DNA of 64,000 bases from an uncultured Gemmatimonadales bacterium (lineage in GTDB: Bacteria; Gemmatimonadota; Gemmatimonadetes; Gemmatimonadales; Gemmatimonadaceae): the NCBI GenBank assembly GCA_963850905.1, contig CAWKMU010000003.1:1760001-1824000 (forward strand). The letters run 5' to 3'. A program made the translations under genes and the position numbers. Numbering within the stretch: position 1 is the first letter of the stretch; the number at the start of each line of letters is the position of its first letter. Under the pieces are notes generated by a model. The model was given only the letters and a program-made list of their open reading frames with translations. It ran no database searches and was not told where the DNA came from. Shown here in pieces: positions 30,650-39,348 of the stretch.

Positions 30650-33634
30650 GTGCCACACGCATCTGTCAGAGTCGGAATCGGGACACTCTGGGTCGCAGCG
30701 CTCCTCGCCGTGTCGGCGGGGCAGCTTGCCGCCCAGAGTCGCACGGTCACCGGTAAGGTGACGGACGCGGAGACCAAGGAGGCGTTGCCATCCGTCACCG
30801 TCATAATCAAGGGCACGCTCCGGGGGACCAGCACCAAAGAGAACGGCACGTACAGCATCACCGTGCCGGCCGGCGCCACGACGCTCACGTTTCGGCGCAT
30901 CGGGTACAAGGCCACGGATCATGCGATCGACGCGAGCCAAACCACGGGCGACGTCGCGCTCGACCGCGACGTGCTCCGACTCGAGGAGAGCATCGTGACT
31001 GGCCAGGCCACCGTCGTCAGCCGCCAATCGGCGGCCAACAATGTGTCGACCGTGGACGCCACGGAGATCAGTCGAGTCCCGGCCGAGACGCCCGAGCTGG
31101 CGCTCCAGGGTAAGATCGCCGGCGCGGACATCCAGGAGAACTCGGGCGCGCCCGGCGGCGGGATGCAGGTGCGGCTCCGAGGAACGTCGACGATCATCGG
31201 CAACAGCGAGCCGCTGTACGTCGTCGACGGCGTGATCATTAGCAACGAAGCCGTGTCGGCCGGCACCAACGCGATCACCGCGGCGGCAAGCGCTTCGGGC
31301 ATCGCCTCGAACGAGGACAATCCGTCGAACCGACTGGCTGACCTCGATCCCAACGACATCGAGAGCATCGAAGTGCTCAAGGGCGCATCGGCGTCTGCCA
31401 TCTACGGCTCGAAAGCGTCGAACGGGGTCGTCCTGATCACGACCAAACGAGGCCAAACTGGCACGACGAAATTCGACTTCGGTCAGAAGTTTGGGGCGAG
31501 CAGCGACTCGCGGCAGCTCGGGTCGCGGACGTTCGACTCGGCGTCCGCGGTGGCGACATGGGGCCCCAGCGCCGCCAAGTATTTCCCCAACGGACAAGGA
31601 ACAACCTACAACCACGAAACGGAGCTCGCCGGTCACTCTCCGCTCTCCTACCAGTCGACGGCGAGTCTGAGCGGCGGTACGGAGAACACACGGTACTACA
31701 GCTCGGGTATCGTCGAGCATGACGGCGGCATCATCCAGAACACCTTCTTCGACAAGCAAGCCCTGAACGTCAACCTCTCGCAAGTATTGAGTAAGACGTT
31801 TGAGGTCAACTTCGGCTCGACGTACTCGCACACAGCCGACGGGCGCGGCCTGACGAACAACGACAACACAACGACCAGCTTCTACACGGCGCTGCCCGCG
31901 ACGCCGAACTTCGTCAATCTGCAGCAGCTCCCCGACGGCACCTGGCCGAACAACCCGTTCGCGCCCAGCAACCCTTTGCAGACCGCAGCCCTCCTCGCCA
32001 ACGATGAGGCGGTCAACCGCTTCATCGGCCGTGGCGGCGCCACCGCTCACCTGCTCGCGAACGACCAGAATACGCTCAACCTCTTGCTGACGGGCGGGAT
32101 CGACTACTTCAATCAGCTCAATAGTCTGTACTCACCACCCACGCTGCAATACGAGCAGGTCTACGGCACCGACGGCACGAGTGTGCTCGGGAACACCGAA
32201 AACTTCAACAGCAACATCAACCTCAGCGGTGTCGACACGTACACGCCAGCAGGCGGAGCATTCACCGCGACGTCGCAAATCGGCGTGACGCAGGAGACGC
32301 ACGACATCAACACCAGCCGCACTCTGGCCCGCGTGCTGAGCCCTGGCGAGGCAAACATCAATGAAGGCACGCAGACGTCGGTCGAGCAGCTCCGGCAGAA
32401 CGTCGTCGACAAGGGGATCTTTCTGCAGGAGGAGTTCCAGACCCTCAATCAGCACTTGCTCGTGACGCTCGGCGGACGCGCTGACGAGAGCAGCGACAAC
32501 GCGGACCCGACGAAACTCTACTTCTATCCCAAAGCGTCAGCGTCGTACCGCATCGAGAAGGGCGTCTCGTTCATCGACAACGTGAAGCTCCGCGCCGCCT
32601 TCGGCGAGTCGGGCAACGAACCGTTGTACGGGCAGAAGTTCGGCGAGCTCGTCGCGAACAACATTGCCGGCCTGCCGAGCTCCCAGATCCAGGGCGCTCT
32701 CGCCGCGAACAACCTCGGGCCGGAGCGCACGCAGGAGTTCGAGACGGGCTTCGACATGACGCTGTTCCACAGCAAGGCGACGCTGAGTGTCACCGGCTAT
32801 CAGAAGAACATCTCCGACCTGCTGCTGCAGCGCGGGCTCCCGCCGTCGATGGGCTACACGCTCGAGTATCAGAACGGCGGCACCATGCGGACGCGCGGCC
32901 TCGAGGTCGAGACGTCAGTCGTTCCGATTCAACGGCGCGATTTCTCCTGGACCATCAACGCGAACTGGTCCAAGGACGCGAGCATCGTGACGTCGCTTCC
33001 AGTCTCACCCTTCAGCCCCGCCGGGTTTCCACCGGAGTTTGGCGGATTCTTCATTCAACAGGGCAAGTCACCGACCCAGATCGTCGGCAACGTCGTCGAG
33101 CCGAACGGGTCGATCAACCCGATCGGCACGATCGGAGACGTCAACCCCGACTTCCGGATGGGGCTGGGCAGCAATCTGTCCTACCACCGGGCGCACCTCT
33201 ATTTCCTGTTCAACTGGCAGCACCACGGCGACGACATCAACCTGACCGAGCTGCTCTACGACTTCACCGGGAACACTCTCGACTATGGGAAGATGGTGAA
33301 TACGCCGAGTGGGCCAATGGAGCTCGGTGCGTGGCGCGTCACGCAATGGGTGAACGGCAATACCAACATCTATGTGCAGGACGCGAGTTTCATCAAGCTG
33401 CGCGAGCTCTCGCTGTCCTATGATATCCCCGACCGGTTGCTGGGCGGGCTCCAGAATCGGGTGCATTCGGCATCGATCGTCGCCGAAGGGCGCAATCTGA
33501 TCACGTGGACCAAGTACCAGGGGCTGGATCCCGAGGTGAGCAACTTCGGCAACGAGGCCATCGCCAGAAATGTCGATGTGGCCCCCTTCCCGCCGAGCCG
33601 CCAGTTCTGGCTTGGCCTCAACCTGGGGTTCTGA
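30650..33634 (+). CDS. susC: SusC/RagA-family TonB-dependent transporter
   Basis: Signal peptide; LQGKIAG, SGAPGGG..VRLRG, PLYVVDGV, DIESIEVLKGASASAIYGSKASNGV.LITTKRG, DASFIKLRELSLSY, GLDPEV. Confidence 0.93.
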   Translation: MPHASVRVGIGTLWVAALLAVSAGQLAAQSRTVTGKVTDAETKEALPSVTVIIKGTLRGTSTKENGTYSITVPAGATTLTFRRIGYKATDHAIDASQTTGDVALDRDVLRLEESIVTGQATVVSRQSAANNVSTVDATEISRVPAETPELALQGKIAGADIQENSGAPGGGMQVRLRGTSTIIGNSEPLYVVDGVIISNEAVSAGTNAITAAASASGIASNEDNPSNRLADLDPNDIESIEVLKGASASAIYGSKASNGVVLITTKRGQTGTTKFDFGQKFGASSDSRQLGSRTFDSASAVATWGPSAAKYFPNGQGTTYNHETELAGHSPLSYQSTASLSGGTENTRYYSSGIVEHDGGIIQNTFFDKQALNVNLSQVLSKTFEVNFGSTYSHTADGRGLTNNDNTTTSFYTALPATPNFVNLQQLPDGTWPNNPFAPSNPLQTAALLANDEAVNRFIGRGGATAHLLANDQNTLNLLLTGGIDYFNQLNSLYSPPTLQYEQVYGTDGTSVLGNTENFNSNINLSGVDTYTPAGGAFTATSQIGVTQETHDINTSRTLARVLSPGEANINEGTQTSVEQLRQNVVDKGIFLQEEFQTLNQHLLVTLGGRADESSDNADPTKLYFYPKASASYRIEKGVSFIDNVKLRAAFGESGNEPLYGQKFGELVANNIAGLPSSQIQGALAANNLGPERTQEFETGFDMTLFHSKATLSVTGYQKNISDLLLQRGLPPSMGYTLEYQNGGTMRTRGLEVETSVVPIQRRDFSWTINANWSKDASIVTSLPVSPFSPAGFPPEFGGFFIQQGKSPTQIVGNVVEPNGSINPIGTIGDVNPDFRMGLGSNLSYHRAHLYFLFNWQHHGDDINLTELLYDFTGNTLDYGKMVNTPSGPMELGAWRVTQWVNGNTNIYVQDASFIKLRELSLSYDIPDRLLGGLQNRVHSASIVAEGRNLITWTKYQGLDPEVSNFGNEAIARNVDVAPFPPSRQFWLGLNLGF

Positions 33635-33638
33635 CGCC

Positions 33639-35028
33639 ATGCGACACACATTCGAATTCCGACGCGCGCGCGCGATGCGCAGCCTCGTCTCGATCGCGGC
33701 GCTGGCCACGCTGACGGCATGCGCCAACTCGACGGTTCCGGACCTCAACAACCCCAGTGTAAACAGCTTCCAGACCAGCCCGACGGGCGCGGCGGCCGGC
33801 GCCATCGCGATCGGCATGGTCCGCGGGGCGCGTGACAACACCGGCAACATGGCGTGGAACGTGGGCGCCTTCGGTCGCGAAGGCTACGAGATGGGCGTCG
33901 CGCAGGGTGATCTCACGCTCTACGTCGACGGCCCGATCACGAGCAACACGTTCTATCTGGACTTACTCTGGGATCAGCAGTACGCCGACATCCGTGCCGG
34001 CAACACCGTGCTGGACGCGATGTCGCGTATCCCCGATCTCACGAGCCAACAGAATGTCCGCCATGGCCGGCTTCATTCAGACCATGATGGCCTACGACCT
34101 CATTCAGCTGGCCGCGACGCGAGACACGTTCGGCTTGCCGATCGCGGTCGACATCCCACCTGGTGGGCCACCGGCGCCGATCGCCGACAAGGCGACGGTC
34201 TACCAACACATATTCAACCTGCTGGACTCGGGGCAGACGAGCCTGCAGGCAGGCGGCGCGGCCTTCTCCTTCGCACTCCCACCGGGTTTCGCGGGCTTCA
34301 ACACGCCGGCGACGTTCCTCTTGGTGAACCGCGGGCTCCGGGCGCGCGCCGACATCCTGACAAAGAACTATGCGAATGCGCTCACGGACTTGAGTGCTTC
34401 GTTTGTGAGTATGGCGCAACCGCTTACCTACGGTCCGTTCTTCGACTACACCGCGAACTCGGGCGACGAGACCAACATCCTGTTCAAGCCGTATTACTAC
34501 GTCTCGAACTGGATCATCGACTCCGCCCAGTTTCAGGCCGACGGCAAGACGCTCGATAACCGCGTCCTGACCAAGACGGTAGCGGTGACGCCGTTCATTC
34601 TCGACAGCATTACCGCGTCCTATCAATTCACGGCGTACAACAGTGTGAGCTCGCCGCTGCCGATGCTCCGCAACGAGGAACTGATCCTATTGCGTGCCGA
34701 GGCAAACCTGGGCGCGGGCAACACCCTGGCTGCGCTCACCGACATCAACTTCATCCGGGCGACGTCCGGCAACTTACCGCCATACACAGCCAGCGCCGCC
34801 TTGCGCCAACCAGCGGATCCCCTGGATGAGCTGCTTTACGAAAAGCGCTACTCGCTGCTCTGGGAGTCTGGCAACAACTGGATCAGCATGCGCCAATATG
34901 GCAAGCTCAATGAGATCCCCGAGCAGTACCATCTCGAGCACATCTTCCCGGTCATCCCGTTCCCGCTCAACGACTGCACGGCGCGCTCGCCGGAGCCGGA
35001 AGGCTGTAACACAGTGACCGGATTCTGA
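33639..35028 (+). CDS. susD: SusD/RagB-family lipoprotein (apparent +1 frameshift near 34053)
   Basis: Lipobox LTAC; R.EELILLRAEA, A...IN.IR, LLYEKRYSL..E...W..MR.YG; directly follows susC. Confidence 0.88.
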
Positions 35029-35063
35029 GGCGATATCGACGACGGGAATGCGTACGGGCGATC

Positions 35064-35093
35064 CGGGGGTAGCCGCGTCCGCGGCTACCCCCG
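35064..35093 (+). terminator. Perfect 13-bp hairpin between susD and the hydrolase genes
   Basis: CGGGGGTAGCCGC-GTCC-GCGGCTACCCCCG; no U-tract. Confidence 0.55.
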
Positions 35094-35119
35094 CTGTCTC
35101 GATGCGAAAGGAGGTGGCC

Positions 35120-37165
35120 ATGCGACTCAGGACGGCAACGACGACGGAGTGGGCGCTCCTTTGTGCGATGGCGTCTGCAGGGGCATTCACGGGGAGCGCA
35201 GCCGGCGCGCAGCGTGACACCCGACCGGCGGCCACGACGCCACCAGTTCTCTCCGCCGACCAGCTCTTGTCGGTCAGTAGTATGGTAGGCGGCCGCGACG
35301 AGCCCGTGTGGGACGCGGACGGCTCGCACGTCACCTTTCTCGGCAGCTTTGGCGGTCCGCTCGGCATCTGGTCGATTCCCGCCTCGGGCGGACCGGCGAC
35401 GCTCCTCGTCCGCGACGTATCGCTGAGCGGCATGGACTACACCGCGGGGCAGCGCCCGATCTGGTCTCCGCGTGGGGAGTATCTCGCCTATGTCACATCG
35501 AAAGGGGGCGATGCGCCGGAGATCTGGTTGTGGTCGCCCCGGACCGGCGCGGACGTGCAGCTGACGCACATGGGCGGCGGCGTCTACTCCATGAACTGGT
35601 CGCCGGACGGCGCGCATATCGCGTTCTCCGACGATCGATACGGGAGCCAGGACATCTACACGGTTGCCGTCCCGACCGGCGACGTGGTCAGGCTCACCAG
35701 CGATTCACGCTACGAGGTATTCCCGACGTGGACGCCCGACAGCCGCACGGTCCTGTACGATCGGCTCGATCCGCGATGGGTGCGGCATGACGTCATGGCC
35801 GTGCCCGTCGATGGATCGACGCCACCGCGGCTCGTCGTCACGGAGTCGGAATTCTTCGACTATCGGGGCGGTGCGGCGTTCGGGTACTCGCCGGTGTCTG
35901 CAGATGGCCAGCGCGTGTTGATCCGATCGCAGCGGTCGGGATGGCTCAACTACTGGGCCGTGCCGCTCTCTGGTGGTGAACCACGGGCTGTCGCGCCCGA
36001 GGCGGCGGAGCAGAGCGAGGGGGCGTGGTCGCCCGACGGGAAGTGGATTGCCTACATCTCAAATCACAACGGCACGAAGGGTTTGTACGTCGTGGGCGCC
36101 ACGGGCGGCTCACCTCGTGCCTTGGTCTCGCCGACAGACGGCGTTGTCTCGCGGATCGGTTGGTCGCCAGACGGCACAAGGATCAGCTACACGTTCGGGA
36201 CTGTGACGACAACGGCGGATCTCTACACGGTTGATGTGAAGACCGGTCGCACCACACAGCTCACGTTCTCGATGCCAGCTGGGCTCGCGACTGCCGGTCT
36301 GATCACGCCGCGCAAGGTCACGTATCCGAGCGCGGACGGCTACACCATCTCCGCGTACCTATACGAGCCGCGCGGTCTCAAGCCCGGGGAGAAAGCGCCA
36401 GGTATCATGTGGATCCATGGCGGCCCGACGGGGCAATGGATCGACAGCTATCAGGCGCAAGTGCAGTACTTCGCGAACCGGGGCTACGCCGTGTTATTGC
36501 CCAACATCCGGGGCAGCTCAGGCTACGGACGGGTGTTCGAAGACGCGAACAACGGGTGCTGGGGGCATTGTGACCTCAAGGATGTCCTCGCCGGGGTCGA
36601 GTACCTGAAGCGACAGGGGTTCGTGAACGCCGACAAGATGGGGATTCACGGCGTGAGCTACGGCGGGTGCATGAGCATGTCAGCAGTCGCGTTCGCGCCG
36701 GGCATCTTCCAGGCGGCGATCCCCGAGTCGGGGTACGGCGATTGGGTACGCTTCCACGAGTACAACAACGAAATGCAGCACAACCAGTTGCTGGCGTACG
36801 AGTTCGGCCCGCTTCCGGACAGCGAGGCCGTGTATCGGCGGAACTCGCCGATCTACAGCGTTGCGGACGTTACGACGCCCACGTTCCTCATTCATGGCGA
36901 GGGCGTGACGTCGGCGTGGCGGCCGGCGGAGCTGCCTGTGCCCGCGTCGCTCGATTTCGCGCGAGCGCTCGACGCGCACTACAAGGCGTTCCGCTACAAA
37001 ACCTACCCGGGCGAGACCTACTATATCACCTCCCGTGAGAACATTCGGGTCAAGCTCGGCGACATGCTCGCGTTCTTCGATCAATACCTGAAGGACGGAC
37101 TGCGCACGGCGCCGTCGGCCACGGTCGTGACGACCGTGTCGGCCGCCACGAGCGGGGGGCGGTGA
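35120..37165 (+). CDS. Secreted S9 (prolyl oligopeptidase/acylaminoacyl peptidase)-like protein with TolB/PD40 propeller and atypical active site
   Basis: AAGGAGGT RBS; signal peptide; WSPDG repeats; IHGGP, PNIRGSSGYG, GVSYGG. The Asp and His positions read HGEG and YPGETYY. Confidence 0.85.
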   Translation: MRLRTATTTEWALLCAMASAGAFTGSAAGAQRDTRPAATTPPVLSADQLLSVSSMVGGRDEPVWDADGSHVTFLGSFGGPLGIWSIPASGGPATLLVRDVSLSGMDYTAGQRPIWSPRGEYLAYVTSKGGDAPEIWLWSPRTGADVQLTHMGGGVYSMNWSPDGAHIAFSDDRYGSQDIYTVAVPTGDVVRLTSDSRYEVFPTWTPDSRTVLYDRLDPRWVRHDVMAVPVDGSTPPRLVVTESEFFDYRGGAAFGYSPVSADGQRVLIRSQRSGWLNYWAVPLSGGEPRAVAPEAAEQSEGAWSPDGKWIAYISNHNGTKGLYVVGATGGSPRALVSPTDGVVSRIGWSPDGTRISYTFGTVTTTADLYTVDVKTGRTTQLTFSMPAGLATAGLITPRKVTYPSADGYTISAYLYEPRGLKPGEKAPGIMWIHGGPTGQWIDSYQAQVQYFANRGYAVLLPNIRGSSGYGRVFEDANNGCWGHCDLKDVLAGVEYLKRQGFVNADKMGIHGVSYGGCMSMSAVAFAPGIFQAAIPESGYGDWVRFHEYNNEMQHNQLLAYEFGPLPDSEAVYRRNSPIYSVADVTTPTFLIHGEGVTSAWRPAELPVPASLDFARALDAHYKAFRYKTYPGETYYITSRENIRVKLGDMLAFFDQYLKDGLRTAPSATVVTTVSAATSGGR

Positions 37166-37219
37166 GTCGTTGCGAACGGTGATGGCTACGAGAGGGTCTA
37201 CGAGAGGGAGAGGACTTAA

Positions 37220-39118
37220 ATGACTGGTCGTGGCGTGTGGACATCGAGGCTGACCACGTCCGCTGGCGTGGTCGCGTTACTCTGTGGTGGTGCGCTCTCC
37301 TGTGGCGGCGGTAGCGGACCGCACGTTCAGGTCAGTTTCCCCGCGTCACTGAACTCCGAACCGATCACCGGACGGGTGTTCGTCACGCTGTACACGAAGG
37401 ATGACGTCGAGCCTCGCATCGCGGCGTATCAGTCGGCACGCGTGCGGGTCGGCCGTATCCCCTTCTTCGCGATGGACATCGACCAGCTCAAGCCGGGGGA
37501 GTGGGCGACGCTCGACACCGGCGCGGTCGGCTATCCGCTGTGGAGTATGCGGGACCTTCCGGCTGGCGACTACTACGCGCAAGCCGTGCTCCACGTCTAC
37601 ACACAGTACCACCGCTCGGACGGGCATACGGTCTGGGCCCATCAGGATCACTGGGACGGGCAGCGGTGGGCGTACTCCCCGGGCAATCTCGTGAGCACGC
37701 CGATCAAGGTGCACCTGGATCCGGCCGCGGGGTTCAACGTGCAACTGACATTCGATCACAAGCTCCCGCCAATCCAGGAGCCGCAGGATACCAAATGGGT
37801 GAAGCACCTCAAGATCCAGAGTGACAGGCTCACGAAGTTCTGGGGGGTCCCGCAGCAACTCGGCGCCATCATCCTGTTGCCGAAGGGCTACGACGAGCAC
37901 CCCAACGCGTACTACCCGGTCGTGTACCAGCAGAACCACTTCTCGCTGGATGCCCCGTTCGGCTTCACGAACGACTCGAACCCGCCGGTCGCCGCAATGA
38001 CCCCGCTCCGGCTGGCGCCGGTCAACCCCCGATCCAACGTCGAAGGACCGCGTGCGTTCAGCGGCGGCGGCGTGCGCGAGTCCGGCTACGAGTTCTACAA
38101 GTCGTGGAACTCGGATGTCATGCCCCGGATGATCGTCGTGTCCTTCCTCCACCCCACGCCGTACTTCGACGACTCGTACGCCGTCAACTCGGCCAACAAC
38201 GGCCCCTACGGCGACGCGATCATGCAGGAGCTCGTCCCGTATGTCGAGTCGCACTTCCGCATCATTCGGAAGCCGTACGCCCGTGTGTTGACTGGCGGAT
38301 CGACCGGCGGATGGGAATCGCTGGCGCTCCAGGTTCAGCATCCCGAGTTCTTCGGCGGGACGTGGACCTTCTTCCCTGACCCGATCGACTTTCGCCGATA
38401 CCAGCTGGTCGACATCTACTCGGACTCCAACGCATTCGTACTCCCCAATGCGGCGCCGGGGGCCCCCGAGCGCATGATGCAGATGTCGCCGGAAGGGCAG
38501 CCGGTGGCTTCGATGCGCTCGATCGCGCAGATGGAGCTGGCCTCTGGCACGCGCGGTCGCTCGGCCGCGCAGCTCGACATCTGGAACGCCGTGTACGGCC
38601 CGGCCGACGCCGACGGATATCCCCGCCGCGTGTTCGACCTCCGGACCGGTGTCATCGATCACGAAGTCGCGACGTACATGCGCGACCACGGCTACGACCT
38701 GCGGTATTACATCGCGCAGAACTGGTCGAAGATCGGCCCGCAACTGGTCGGCAAGCTGCACCTGTTGACGGGCGATTACGACGACTTCTTCCTCGGCCCT
38801 GCGGTCTACATGCTGCAGGATTTTCTCGATAGCACCAAGGCGCCGGCGTATGGCGGCGACTTCCGGTTTGGACGACCGATGAAGGGTCACGGCTGGCAGC
38901 CGATGACCACGGCGAACCTGTTGCGCGAGATGGCCGCGCACATCGCCAAGAACGCGCCGCCAGGAGAGGCGACGTCGAGCTGGCGTGGTGATCCCGCGGT
39001 GACGGGACTCAAGGGCAATGCGTTGTTCAATCCTTGCGGACCGGCGCAAGGCTGTGCGTGGGGCGAAGAGCGGCATGCCGGTGCGGCGGGCGGCGGAGAG
39101 CAGATTACGAACCGATAG
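37220..39118 (+). CDS. Exported alpha/beta-hydrolase (putative esterase family)
   Basis: Signal or possible lipoprotein N-terminus; LLPKGY, NSANNGPYGD, GGSTGGW, GDYDDF, GHGW give a plausible intact Ser-Asp-His triad. Confidence 0.75.
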   Translation: MTGRGVWTSRLTTSAGVVALLCGGALSCGGGSGPHVQVSFPASLNSEPITGRVFVTLYTKDDVEPRIAAYQSARVRVGRIPFFAMDIDQLKPGEWATLDTGAVGYPLWSMRDLPAGDYYAQAVLHVYTQYHRSDGHTVWAHQDHWDGQRWAYSPGNLVSTPIKVHLDPAAGFNVQLTFDHKLPPIQEPQDTKWVKHLKIQSDRLTKFWGVPQQLGAIILLPKGYDEHPNAYYPVVYQQNHFSLDAPFGFTNDSNPPVAAMTPLRLAPVNPRSNVEGPRAFSGGGVRESGYEFYKSWNSDVMPRMIVVSFLHPTPYFDDSYAVNSANNGPYGDAIMQELVPYVESHFRIIRKPYARVLTGGSTGGWESLALQVQHPEFFGGTWTFFPDPIDFRRYQLVDIYSDSNAFVLPNAAPGAPERMMQMSPEGQPVASMRSIAQMELASGTRGRSAAQLDIWNAVYGPADADGYPRRVFDLRTGVIDHEVATYMRDHGYDLRYYIAQNWSKIGPQLVGKLHLLTGDYDDFFLGPAVYMLQDFLDSTKAPAYGGDFRFGRPMKGHGWQPMTTANLLREMAAHIAKNAPPGEATSSWRGDPAVTGLKGNALFNPCGPAQGCAWGEERHAGAAGGGEQITNR

Positions 39119-39170
39119 AACGCGGGCCGTCGCTAGGCATGTGCGGATTGGTTGGCGACGACGGACACAC

Positions 39171-39317
39171 GGCGGGCGGCCTGAAGGCCGCCCCTACATG
39201 TTGCTGCGAGCGGTGCGAGAGCCGGATTCGTCGACGTCGTTCGCGAGTGCGGGTGGGATGGTCCTGGAGACGCGCCGTCCGGACCGACATGTAGGGGCGG
39301 GCTTTAGCCCGCCCGCC
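39171..39317. repeat. GTAG-family REP doublet in inverted orientation (REPIN-like)
   Basis: 39171-39201 is the reverse complement of 39287-39317 (ACATGTAGGGGCGGGCTTTAGCCCGCCCGCC) with 3 mismatches. Each copy is GTAG plus a GC hairpin. Confidence 0.85.
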
Positions 39318-39348
39318 TGCGATGCGACACCTGAACGGAGAGGACGTT

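Noticed and set aside
20897..39076. Long antisense ORFs (e.g. 20897-22564, 30473-32050, 37346-39076)
   Set aside because: These are shadow frames of high-GC genes on the opposite strand, with Arg/Gly-rich composition and no motifs.
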